DNA of 64,000 bases from Balanoglossus misakiensis (lineage: Eukaryota > Animalia > Hemichordata), in assembly GCA_040954595.2 (NCBI GenBank), contig CM082577.2, positions 6,312,301 through 6,376,300 on the forward strand, in the 5' to 3' direction. Below, piece after piece: positions 1 to 12,664 of the stretch. The notes under the pieces are model-generated. The model did not search any database and was not told the DNA's origin. It saw nothing but the letters and a program-made list of their open reading frames with translations. The stretch's first letter is position 1. Each line of letters starts with the position of its first letter. A program made the translations under genes and the position numbers.

Positions 1-2510
1 AAAACCAAAGCAGGACAAATTTTGAAGTGCTCGTGCGTGGAGACTGTTCAACCGTGCACACATAATAAAACTGTCAACAGTATAGTTTTAGGTATCTCTA
101 ACACACAGTGCTTCAGCAGATGTGAGGGCCGACATCTTTGGTACAGTCTTCCCATGATGCACTTCATACAGAACATGATAGACATAGTCTACCCATAATG
201 CAACTGCAATGGACAACAAAACACTACCGAACAAGAATAAATGTGCATATACAAATTTATACAAAAGAAATAAAAACACACGCTGCTTACTTTTTTAAAT
301 TTCACAAGATCATCACTTGTGTGTGTATATAACTGATGCCAGCACCGATCAATCATCAACCAGAAGTATCATTAACTGGAACATGTCAAAAACCTAATCA
401 TTTGAATCCACCATGATAATTAAAGCTGTTACAAGAGTTACATCATTCAGTTATAAACAAAGATACGTGTTACAGTCGTCTGTGGTGCAAATTTATGGAT
501 TTGCGCACAAAGTCTAAGGAGCTCTGAATTGATATGTTTGCTGTAGGTACTCAGTAAGCTTGTCAGGGCAAATGGCTCTTCAAGTTGGCTGTCGCCAGTG
601 GAGTGGCAAAAAACCTGAGAATTTCCCGGCCACAAACGTGTAGGTTTTTTTGTGGCGTCGCAGCTATCTGCAATGACCATCTAACGAACTGAACTCCGCC
701 CAGTACAACTGCAGGTGTGCGGTCGAGAGAGAGAAAGAAAAAAAATGTAGCAACAGACAAAACTGATGATGTTGCCATGCCGACGTCAACCCCAATGAGC
801 AATGTTCGTGCAGACAGACCAGAGTACCTCATTACACTCTACAAACATTTAAAACACACATCAAAATGAAATACTAGTTAGGGCCGGGTTTTCTAATTAA
901 TGAGAGTGCGTGATGAGTGAGCAAACAGGAGCTTGATCCCCCTCTACAACACATGTGCAGACCCCAATCTGACATTATCGATCTCCTATACCGTGAATTT
1001 GTTTGTCTATTAGGCGTGTTGCCATGGTACAGTTGCTATTTTTTAGAGCACGGAAGAAAAATGGAGGTGCCCATGACAGGTGGTGGATGTCGTACGAGTC
1101 GTGTGTGTTGGGAGGGACCTGGTGTGAAAAGGATCAGCTTTGAATGCACTGATAACTTATGCCACTCGTGGTAATAACTCACGTATCCACATCAAAATTT
1201 CAGTCCCCATCTCTGAATGATCAAGATCACTTGGATGCAGGTACCATGACAATGAGCTTCAACATGATATGCTTTCTGCAATCTGAGCAGTTTTTTCTTC
1301 TCTCTTTCCTATGTTATACTTGAATCATACAGTAATCCCACTTTCAAAAGTTTTGTTTTTACACCAAACTGTTATGAAAAAAAGGCCACTTTTCACAATT
1401 TTGTGTGCTCAAAATAAAAAATGAAGTTTTCAAAACATCCGACAGAAAGAGCTGTCGACGTTGTCAAAACTGCATGACTGATCAATGAACATGATTGAAA
1501 TCATACATGTAGCATATACTGTGGGAAAAACTAGCATAACCATGGTGATTTATCATGCCTCTAATCACCACTTGTCAATCAAACTCCTCAAGGTCTGTCC
1601 ATCACACTTCACAGCCACCCAATTCTTCAAGTGCTTGGCGCTGGGTGTGACTGACAGACTGACCATTAAAATGTCATGACACGATATCGACTCACTCAGT
1701 CGCCTCCTTAACCTGAATTTGATGGTCCAGCCTCATCAATTACAGATGCTTTGACTGACAGCCAGACTGCACTGGCCTCGTTTTGTCACAGTGAAAATTG
1801 GACGTCTCTGCTCTTTCTGTATACATGTCGTGGATTGATTTCTGATATTTTCTGAATACGGTTTCTGATTCACAGGTGCCACAATCAATGTTGCAGACCC
1901 AGGGTGATTATACAAATAATAAATAATACACCATGTACTACAGTATGAGTTTCATTCTGAATACAGCTCCTGTGGAGGTAATCACAAGGTTTAAGTTGCA
2001 AATTGCACTCTCAATATATATGCAACCTGCATTCAGGATGAATGTAATTCAGAAACAATGCAATAAGCAACAGTCCCTCTATTTTAGCAACTTGGAAGCC
2101 CACCTATCCAAGTAAAGAAAAGCAATTTCAATACACTGTAGCAGCCTCCCTGGGAGCAGCCTTTGGAAATGACCTATTGGGTCTTACGGTATTTATGTAA
2201 CGTTTTTCAATGCAGACAAAAATTCCTGTGGCCTGTGAACGACAATCGTTGTCTCTCTTCCAGACTGACGCGACGACGTGGCGTACGCGCGTTTTATTTC
2301 GCCACGTCCGTGTGGCCAAGCATTGAAAAGGGGAAGACAAGACTCGTTGCCACAAGACCAAAGGCACCGCGCGCTCCCACGTCCACAATTAACCCTTTCC
2401 CGTGAATTACTTCGAACACCAAATAGTTCACAACAAACGGCACCACAGCTAAAACACTGGCACGGGAAGCGACATTTCAGAGAAACCGTAAAATTAAACA
2501 TTTTACTCAC

Positions 2511-2718
2511 AGTAAATAAAACCGAGGTATCGTAGAAATACTATTCTTGTGAGCCAATACGTTCCCGGTTCCAACGTTTTGGCGGTGACAGTATCGTGGT
2601 TGTCTTCGACTGTTTTTGCCCTACTGCTTTGCTCGTTTACGTTTGAATCTTTATCGTTCTCGTTATTTTTGGTTTTTCTATTCCTCAATACGGGTTGTTC
2701 TTCGCTGGAGTCCGCCAT
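2511..2718 (-). CDS. LMF1: Lipase maturation factor 1-like, first coding exon (partial gene; later exons not found in 1-2510)
   Basis: ATG at 2718 in AAAATGGCG context encodes MADSSEEQPVLRNRKT...LEPGTYWLTRIVFLRYLGFIY. This matches the LMF1 N-terminus (human LRRRKT...LHTGTFWLTRIVLLKALAFVY). The exon ends at a canonical GTGAGT donor (plus-strand ACTCAC 2505-2510). Length 208 nt, phase 1. Confidence 0.9.
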
Positions 2719-2839
2719 TTTTTGTTTATAACTCCCTAGGCAACTTGATATTATTAATTCCACGTGTTTCAACCTGATTGTTGGATCGCGCTGATTGGAT
2801 GATGTAGTCATACGCCCTCTTACAAATGTATTTCACGTG
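2712..2839 (-). promoter_or_regulatory. Probable LMF1 proximal promoter/5' region (housekeeping type)
   Basis: YY1-like CCGCCATTTT overlaps the start codon (2712-2721). CCAAT on the minus strand at 2794-2798. CACGTG E-boxes at 2761-2766 and 2834-2839. CpG-rich surroundings. Motif matches only. Confidence 0.4.
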
Positions 2840-5800
2840 GCTTTTGTTTTCATTATCCCGTTTTAAAAGTAGAATCATGCTTTGAGAAAGCGAATAAAAG
2901 CCCTTTGCAGAGTCAGAATCTGAATGTTTGTTGAGAACTATTACTCTAGGTCTCTAATCCAAAGCACGATTTTAAAAATGATACAGAAAAAACTTACACG
3001 TTTCAAATAAGCGCTACCGGGCGGAGTACAGCTCCGAGAGTATGTAAAAAGTCAAATTGATGGGATTTCTTTGGACGAGACTACCCCTGGTTGAATGAAA
3101 GCGAAGATGATGAAAAGAGGATATTGACAGACTATCTACTGTTATAACTTTTGGGTGAGCAATATGGCGCCCGCATGCGGGATGATGCAGCCACACACCA
3201 ACTCGAACACTTCGACAACTTACAAGAAGTTAATTTGTGAATTTATATTTGATGTTGATTTTGGCTCGCTGCCAAGGCGCATGCACGATGTTATCGTGTG
3301 AGTGATCAGAGACAGCAATCGGTGTTGAATATCCGTGGCTGTGTTGACAATCCAGCAAAGTTCTCGGCTTACGCTGAGCGCAACCACAACAATCACGGCG
3401 ATGGAGAGGAGGAAATTCAGCGCTGGCTTGTCACGTCATATAAACACTGGAATTGTGTGCGTTTTATCTAAAACTGCTTCAGAGTGGGGGAGTCATTTGA
3501 TCTTACGCACCCTGTCCACTCCTGTTACCTGGCAAAAAACGGAAGATTCGAATGATTCGTTAAGTTCCAGTTACGGACTTAACTTGAAATAGTAATCAGA
3601 CAGTAAAGTTGATAAGGTGTTCACATACTTTGGGTGAAAGTTTGCGACTAAGATTTGAGGTATCCATGCTCTTCAAACCGTCGACTTTTTTAGTTTTAAA
3701 ATTTTGTGTCGTTGCAATCACTAAGGGATGTACATTCTGTGGGTCACGTAGATTCGATGTGAGTACAAACGACACATTGGGCTGCCCTAAATTCCATATA
3801 ATTGCAATAATTTCGGTGCATCCCAGAAAACGGCCGCCAGTACACCTAGTACCTTCTGAGCAATTCTGAACATTGTGTTGATGCTAAGTGAAACAACGCG
3901 AGAACGGTATGATAACCCGATCCTTCTGCAAACACTACAGTAATTTTTTCTTGGGCTGCCAAGCTATCGCATAACGAACGGATGAGTGTTTTTCAAAATG
4001 ACGTTTTGCAAACGGCGGTTGCATTTTGGATTTTAAGCTTAGGCGGTACGCTGTTTACTGAGCTGAAACGCGCATGTCCAAGCCTGACATGTCAGTAATG
4101 ATGATGTGTGTACAGTCTTAAAGCCCCAGTGGCTGCATCTGTTGTTTTTTTCACGAAATGTCATCTGATTTTATTCAGGCTTCGTTTAAATCATAGCAAG
4201 TTATGAGCCGTGTAGGTTATACCAAGTGTTAATTGACGCGTCACTCGTTCCTTGCCGAACACATCAGTTCAAGAAACTTTGAACAAATTCAAATGTTAAC
4301 TGTCATTCTCGAAATGTCATCAACAAAGTTACCATACTCTGCCGTTATTACATAACTTCGTTTTTAAAACCTTACTGTAGCCCTTGTTGGTGAATGAGGA
4401 AAAAAGCAAGACCTTAACGAACTCTTACAGCTGCAAGAAATGGAAAGATTGCTATTTTCTTCTTTATTTTTTTTCCCCACAGCACCATTCTGCTTTCTGT
4501 ACACTCAAGAAAAAGGTGTTAGTTGAAAGCGTGCCAGGTAACCCTAGGTAAGCCCGGGGAGTGACGCGAGTGAGTCGTCAATTGTTCTCTGTGGCGGGGA
4601 AGACGTGGGGGTCCACACGTACCAAACCGCCCCGAAAGTCCGGCCTAAGGCAAAAGACAAACGTCTCGCGACCCTCGGAAAGATCTGGCATTAAAAGAGG
4701 TGCCATCATCTACACGTTATTTGCGAAGTATCGAATTCACCTTGATCGTCTTTGAGAAAACACCACCACCTACATTGTAATAACAATCGTCCATAAAACA
4801 CGGACTGTGATTTCGACCGTGACCCCGACCTGGGAAACGGAGCGACGGCTGGCGAAAATGACAAGGCGCAACCCCGTTTTTATTGGCCTCGTAAGTCATT
4901 AAATAATGCTATGCACTATAGATGTTAACAGCTCCGCTCAGCATGTCATTCAGAGACCGCCGAGGGAAAATCATGCGCACATTAGCAAAGAAATCAAACG
5001 AACAGCAATAATTCCAAGTTAATGAAGAAAAAAATCCTCAGTAACGCTCGAACATCTCAGAGATAGCATCTTCATTGTGTCTGCTTGAGTACGCCTACAA
5101 AACAGTAGAAGACTTGTTCAAATGCAGTATACCCCGAATTGACCTACATTTCTCGCTGTATATCTCATTTAGGAACACAGGGTCGTAGGAATCCTGGTTC
5201 GATGAATAAAATCGGACCAGATTAATCTAATGTAACCATATGTTTTTCTTGTTTGGCCGTTCAAAAAAACCGCAATATTTCAATATATAGGCCTACACGT
5301 TTGATGAAATACCTGCACTTGCGTTAACATGTTCATCTGCTGAACACGAGTGAGTCGGGCAAAGCCTTTGTCGTTTCCTCTGCCTTTTCAAAATTTAACC
5401 GCCGTGCTTTGTAACTTTATAGCGCTTTTATTGCAGCGGCGATAATTGATGGCAAACAAAACTCACCATCAATACGTGTGAGAGGAAAAATGCTGGGAAA
5501 TATTGCTATGAGCCCATTCATTGTCGTGGTTCGGACAGACAGCAAGGACAAGGTCAAATCTCCATTTTTTTGTTTGGCAAGTTCACGGGTTGCTTTGATA
5601 GCACGAAGAATGCCTCTTAAACCTGGTGCCATTAACCGAATATCCGGACATGCCACGGGTCTGTAGAGTAATACTGACGGTCTGACATACAATGTAGAAT
5701 GGCCGTTTAGCACAACTATCCCTGTAGAATCTACAGTTTTAACGCTCCATCAATTATTGCCAATACAAATTTTAACCAGGTGATTGGCAAACTCTCCCCC

Positions 5801-8800
5801 CCCCCCTCCTTCCACTAAAAAACGTGATAAAACTCACCATTTGGCATGCTAACCCAGTTTTTTTTATCGCTGACATTACCGTTATGGACCACTGATTTTA
5901 AGGCACTTACAGGTAATTTCATTTGTCAACAAAACTGCGCGTTGCATATTTTCATGCACGCGGGTAGTGACAAACCATACCACCAAAGGCTTACCTGGTT
6001 ACGGGAACATGTCTTGGCGCGCAAAATAATAGAAATTAACAAAAACAAGCCGAGTAATAAGACAACAGCAGACGACATTAATTATGTGATTTTCAAGTTC
6101 GTGTCAGTGGTCGACAATGTGAGGATGACGTTTTAGGTAAGGAAACCTAACTGGTTTTGACAATTGCGAAAGAAATTGTGCCTATTGTTCGATAGCTCTT
6201 CGGAAAATCCCCGATGAATTTGTTTTATCGGCCGACACTCAATCTTATTTTTTTGCCAGGGGATATTGTCTCCAAGTAAAAGCAGAGATCCCCCGCCTCG
6301 CCGGGATACAACCGACGACATGGAGACAATTGTGAAGGCTCGCAGACACGTCTCCACGTCAGACTGTGACAATGCTATTGTGTTATGGTGGCGCCATACC
6401 GCGCAGTTGTTTTATAATATCCAATCAATCACCAACGCTCAAAACGTTTTCCGTTAGGCTGTCGTCAGAAAGAGGTTTGATAGAATACAGGATGACAAAA
6501 GCGAGTCCGTGTCCTAGATCTTTTTGTTCATAATCCACACACTTCAAGACAGATATACGGCACCCCTATTGTTCTGATTCCTCAATATATATGCCTGTTA
6601 CATCTCCGCGTAGGAAGTAATCACAGCTTTCCTTGCAACAGATTTATTGCTCAGGCTTGCTTCGCAAGACGAACTATTTCAGAAGAAAAAAAAGCGAGAT
6701 ATATTACTGGTGTGTCCCATTCTATGCTGGTGTGAGGGCGGGAGACGATGGGACGGAGTTGAATTGCCCACAAATTATCCCGCGCGATTGCTGCCCACAA
6801 TGCTTGTACGTGAGAACCACGAGAAAGCGGTCGGCTTCCTACACATCCCGCTCGCCATAAAAAAAAAACGAGGGTGTGAGAAATCTTGTCGAGGAGTTGC
6901 TTGAAGTCCAGGAGAATGCTAGAGTTACCTGGGTGCAAGACTACATGATTTATGGATTATTTTAGATTTATGGATATTTACTACCGGGTCAGTAGATGTG
7001 ACTTGTAGCTATTCGGATGTTAGGTCGACACTGAGGCCGGGTTGGCCTTGGTGGGAGTTTCTTTTTGGAACGAGGGTGGAGATCGCGCCTGTCTTAAACC
7101 CCATCTCCCTGTTATTAAACAAAGTTTGTCGGGATAATTTGGGGGAAATGGCAGCGGGCGGGCATTCTTTTGCCGCTGACAGCTTGTCTGTGCCGTCTCT
7201 GGCCAATTTCGCTCTTTCTGAGAGAATAGCCCACTGCTATCGTTTATGAATGACAACTGGAAGTCTGTAAGGTTGGTGTAGCGAGGGAAAGAGTTGATAC
7301 CAACCCGCTAATTCTACGATAGTACAACAATTTCTTCAAAAACTAAGGAAGCACTCGAAACCATTAACAGATGGCGACCCCCCCCCCCTTGCTGCACTGA
7401 GCTACGTGCACGACAAGAGGAACCCTGCTCCGCTACCGTGACGCACGCATTGTTTCGCTGACGTCACAGACGTGTAAGTCGCCCTGGCATTTCGGACACT
7501 TCAGGACTTGGGAACACCCCCACCCCCTCCGCTTGTGGGCGCAGCACGGTAAATTATACCAGATGAACTGTCGAATGATAAATGTCAGACTGTTTCTGCC
7601 GCTGACAACTCTGCGCGCGGCGCGGGAACGTAAATCCAGTTTTCTTTTCCGAAATATACACTTTATTAAAGAACCACAGCAATGATGAATGGTCTGTGGG
7701 TATTTTTTACCGTAAATTAATATGGCGTGTCAATGAATGTTCCGATCTGTTCACGGATCGTTCTGAATGGAGCCAAGATCGTTGGGACCAACCGAAATAT
7801 TTGAATTTTTTAAGTCAATAAAAAGGTGTATCTCTCGGTATGGGGTTAGTAAAAAAAGATGCCCAGGTCAATTTCTCCGTGATTCTTTGCATGAAACGCG
7901 TCGCTGCATTTTTGACAGACCCAGACTTTGCAAATACATTTGTTGGACAGACTCGTGTTACCCGATCCGTCCACAAACGGGGCTTAATACGACGCTCCCC
8001 TGAAGGCGGCCTTACCCCAACCATCGATATCACACGTCCAGTCAGCGACCTGAAGCAGTCAATTACCTACAAGTCGGCGTACCTTAAACCGCCGGGGTGA
8101 AATACTGACTTTTTTTTGCAAACAGGGTGTTAGCTTTACCGGGCGATTAAGTAACCGCGAGTAATTTCTGGGCAGGCAAACATGCATGACATTGTATGAC
8201 CCATAGTGCCACCCGAGCCTGAGTCCACTCTATTAAATGTATTGTCAGGGGCAAAGCGTTGAAATCCTGTCGAGGGGCCTGTAAGAAATCACCGCCGAGT
8301 AACAAAAAAGTCGGCTGGTTTTCGCCGGGCCGGCTAACAGGTGTGTCGGGTAGAGGGTTACCGAGTCCCTTTACATACCTATGCTCTAACACCCGCAAAG
8401 AAAACCGACACTTGAGCGCGCTGACAGATTCGACAAAGTGTCAGCAATACCGAACAAGGGGCCAAATACACGAAATAAATAAACCGGGGGTGTCGTTTAC
8501 CCGTGTTTTGGCTACCCCGCGGTGGGAAAGACCCGCACCTGGGGTGTTTGTTCGACGGCCGGACGGAGACCGGGGCGGTTGAGTTCAAATCCGCAGGCTG
8601 CGCCACTGTGTTGGCCGCCAGGTGAATGTAGATCAGCCATCGAGCTCTCGGACTCCTCCTCCTCATCTACATCTGCAGCTATTGTGAGAGTGTTTACTGA
8701 ATGTCTGTAAAGACTAAGCCGCTTCTCGTTTTTTTTTGGTGGAAAATGGGTATCGACATTCCTCGTCGATGTTGTTTTTCTTTTGGGGTTGTCTTTTGGC

Positions 8801-10061
8801 GTCTAAAAATGTTTTCTCTCGATGACGTAGCGTCGAAAAAACTCCAGCCAATCCGATTGGCGGCTGCAAGTTCAGGGACCTTGCCCGTCCAGGTGATGTC
8901 ATCAAACGTGAACAAACGGCGGCTGATTTTCATCGAGAGTTTGACAGGCTGTCGTTCGCTGGTACACTTGGCGGGAACTTTCTTCCAGAAGAAAATAAAT
9001 CGCATTGAGATCTAAAAACCGGTCTTCGAATCTTAAATCCCCGACAGAAAGACAACAGCCAGACTAAATCTGAAGATGTTTTCATATGCTAAAACAAACA
9101 AGGAAACCTGGAGTGCTCCAGGGTAGACACCCTTCACCTCATAGTTTGACCAAGTGGCCACTTCTTTTCACCAAAGTTCCCCGCTAATTTAAGACTTTGT
9201 TCTCTGAAATTCTTCCACCTCCCCCTTGTGAGTCCTTTGCGCTTGATGTTGCGTGTCCAATGTAACCGACCCGCCGAACAGGTGCACCTGGAGTTATCAC
9301 GGGGCGGCGGACAAAGAGAGTGATCGGGTGACCTTTCACCCCCGCGTAGTCGCCATTATCATGATTATGTCTTCGTATGCAGTTACGACTGTTTCGGCAA
9401 ACGATCTCTCACTCAGAACGAGCTGCTTTGCCCGGCTGTAATAAAACGAAAATTTATTGGGCAAAAGCATCTGTTGACAACATGCTACTGGGCAACTTGG
9501 GCTGTGACAGAACGCTCAATTACAGACCCGGCGGTCACACAAGGTTGCGTCCATTGCGCGCCATTGTACTCCTGTCAACTGGTCAATAAAAAACGATATT
9601 GCCCCGACTGGAAATGCAAACTGTGGACAAATTCAGACATTTCTCAGCGACTTTGGTGGCCAGGTACACTTGTCATTTGTCAAGGGTCAACCCAGGTGTT
9701 GCCAAGTCAACAGACTTTTCGCCAGAAGTGCTCCTATCCTCAATGAATCGCTTCGAGGAGGTAATGACGTCTCGACGCCCTCTTTGATATTTTGCAAACG
9801 CGGCATCTAAAACAGTTCCCATTTCAGTCAGTTGTTGGTTCTTCGTGTATACCCCCGATAAGAGATTTTACTTCTTATTTTGAAACAAAGTTTAACAGAT
9901 GCCGACTCAACATAAAAATTGAGAAGTGTTCGGAAGTGTCGTGGTCACTTTATGGGTTAACTGGCTCTTTGTAGCGTGCGTTCAAATGAGTTGAACGCGA
10001 GAGTGCGTAAAACACGACGCATATAGACGCTCTGCATTCTAACGGCTCTGGTTTTGTTTTA

Positions 10062-10147
<86 letters not shown>

Positions 10148-10148
10148 A

Positions 10149-10180
<32 letters not shown>

Positions 10181-10200
10181 GGTGGTGGTGGTGGTGGTGG

Positions 10201-10277
<77 letters not shown>

Positions 10278-10278
10278 T

Positions 10279-10309
<31 letters not shown>
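10062..10309. repeat. Compound trinucleotide microsatellite (ATG)n-(GTG)n-(ATG)n
   Basis: Directly visible; GTG core at about 10167-10202. Confidence 0.98.
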
Positions 10310-11660
10310 CTATCTATCTTTGCAGGAAGAAGGAAAGGGTTATTGACCTATTCATCCACACAGTATCTGGGGCATTCTATTTAATGGCCTACACGAATTT
10401 TGCTTCAAAAGCTGAAAGGCCATCAGTGACCTTGTATATCATCTCCAAACAAAAGGAAGCATCACTGTCAGTGTGTTTGAGAATCACCCAGCCATTAAAA
10501 TCGTTCAATCGTTAAGTCCGTTCAGGGTAGCTACAACAACAAAAACGTCCATTGGAGACAAGTTGATATTGTGTTTTATTGTGTGTGATGCGGGTACGGC
10601 GTTAATGATGTTATGGCAATGTGTGTGCACTGCGTTTATATTTGAAGAGAGGAGAGGAATTGTGACTTGTATAAAGGCGCCACATACCAAACTACTGTCC
10701 CTCACCGTCCCATCGCATGACTGCGCCAGGTAGGCCAAAGCCTACCGCACACTTAACCTTAAGCGACCTTTAGAGAAGTCCGTGTCCACTTCGCTACTAG
10801 TAGCAGCAAAGATGCCACCCCCATGTAAAACATAATACGGACATCAATGACAACCGTTGGGTTTCCATAAATGTAATGTGAAAATGTATCTGTCAGTAGT
10901 TATCGTTCAGCGAAGATAGCATTCACTTTCAGTTGATGTAGGTGTATGCTTATTCCAAACTACAACGCCGGCCAAGATGATGCCTGCGTGCGCACTTGCC
11001 ACCAGGCACCACTGCACCGCTTACACAAGTCGTTGCATCGTCACCCAGACTAAAATGTTTCAATTATGTCGCGAACACGGTAATTTGCTCAGTTCATCTT
11101 GAGAGTGAAACACAATTCAAGGCATTTGACCGATCGACCGACTGACTGACTGACTTACTACTGAGCAGACTCACTCACTGGCCCACTCAATCACTCACCC
11201 ATTCACGCACTCATTGTACTACGCCACGTTGAAACTCTTCCCTTTAAGACCCGACTTAAAACTCCTACGTACGTCACGTAGCGTTGTCATCAAACCATTT
11301 TCACAGTCGAAATAACCATAACGCAAACCCTGGAGGGAGTGGTCTGGATGGTCGTGACTGTCCTCCAATCAGAATCTTGTCTGGCGCGATGCCCTCCTAC
11401 GGACTCCCCAGCGCCCACTTCTATGTCTACCTCCCCCACACTCCCCAGGTACTAACGAATTCTTCCCTCTCATCGCCCCACTACAATACAATCCTTGCCC
11501 TTCACAAAGTCAATTCTTCGGTCAACTATATTGATAAAACACGCCTCGAAAAGTTGTTGAATAAAGCATAGAGGTAGGAAAGGAAGACGATCACTAGGAG
11601 AAAGGAATGCTTTTAGTGCAGACAGCAAACTTATTTCTACATGCACGCGTTTTGGTTTGA

Positions 11661-12005
11661 GCAGGGAGCTACCATGGTTTGAGGCATTACACCTACAGCA
11701 CTTGTATTAGGTACACCAAACTTAGTAATGCCCTATCAATTTACCCAGTCATGAACCAAATATACCAATGCAACGTTGCTGAGTAAAATGTTTTGCTATA
11801 TACACTGTATCTGGGACTGGCAAGACGAGGTTGAAGGTAACACAGAGAGTGTTTGGCACAGTCCTTTTAGGGGAATCTGGTTGACCTAGTGAGTCAACGT
11901 CATTTTCATCTTGCCACTCCAAGTCTGGCTTTATAGGAAGTTGCCTTCGAGGCAAATTGGTAAGGCAGGGAGTTACCAGGTTTGGTGTATACCTAATGCA
12001 AGTGC
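11661..12005. repeat. Degenerate foldback / long inverted repeat (possible old MITE)
   Basis: GCACTTGTATTAGGTACACCAAACTTAGTAA (11698-11728) pairs with TTACCAGGTTTGGTGTATACCTAATGCAAGTGC (11973-12005). Inner arms CTGGGACTGGCAAGACGAG (~11810-11828) and TTCATCTTGCCACTCCAAG (~11905-11923) also pair. A third partial arm copy lies at 11661-11695. Confidence 0.7.
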
Positions 12006-12590
12006 CACATCTTTCAACGAGCACAAAGCGCAGCGGTCCCTAGATCCATCCACTCACGGAAATGCTAAAGACCTGTGCATGCGTTATGGTTCCTTTAAAG
12101 CGCGTCCCGAACTGCTCAAAATATAACGGACTTGCGCTAGACGGAACCTGCGATGCATTTTCTCAGCTGCACAGAACCCATTGACAAAAAAAATCAATCG
12201 ATGCAAAGTGTTTGGTGACCCGATGCTCGCAGTAATTTTGCCCGTTTCCCCGCGGTGCTCTCGAATCAAATTAAAGGTTGATACTCATGAGGTGTAGCAC
12301 ACAGCTTCACAGGGAAAGCTCCCTTTTGAAGAAAACTTCAGAGATCCCGCTGCAATCTAGGTCAGTGACCTAAAATGTGACCAGTCAAGCGTCAATTTTT
12401 ACAGTGCAGCGCGGGAAGAGAGTAAAAGATTTGGAGACGATATTTTGAGACTGTGAAGATTGATCCGTGCACTCATAAGGGTAAAATGAGATTGATCGTT
12501 ATGAAAATTTCAAAAAACAAAACAAAAAGTGTTTGAGGGAGCGCTGTCCAAAGCGGATGTCAAGCTTCAATAGCGATTTTTGGTTTCAGG

Positions 12591-12664
12591 CCAATATTGG
12601 GCAACACAATGGCGGTACGTGACGTCACAATCCGAGGTGCAAAGCGGACAATGGCGGTAATTGT
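12591..12664. promoter_or_regulatory. Candidate enhancer module (CArG + three phased Sox cores + CRE)
   Basis: CCAATATTGG at 12591-12600. ACAAT at 12606, 12627 and 12648. ACAATGGCGGTA direct repeat at 12606 and 12648. TGACGTCA at 12620-12627. ATTGT at 12660-12664. Confidence 0.4.

Noticed and set aside
88-832. Hydrophobic minus-strand ORFs as possible LMF1 exon 2
   Set aside because: They lack the expected continuation (VAF...QNKQLIG..GLLP).
2719-2811. Upstream extension of the LMF1 ORF to ATG 2811
   Set aside because: No homology. It overlaps promoter-like motifs, and ATG 2718 has the better context.
3705-3776. Imperfect hairpin resembling a pre-miRNA
   Set aside because: The stem is only about 17 bp with mismatches, the loop is about 37 nt, and there is no recognisable miRNA.
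10062-10346. Poly-Met/Val ORF (likewise the poly-T/S, poly-H/P and YLSI-repeat ORFs at 36950-37363 and 59244-59685)
   Set aside because: Translations of microsatellites.
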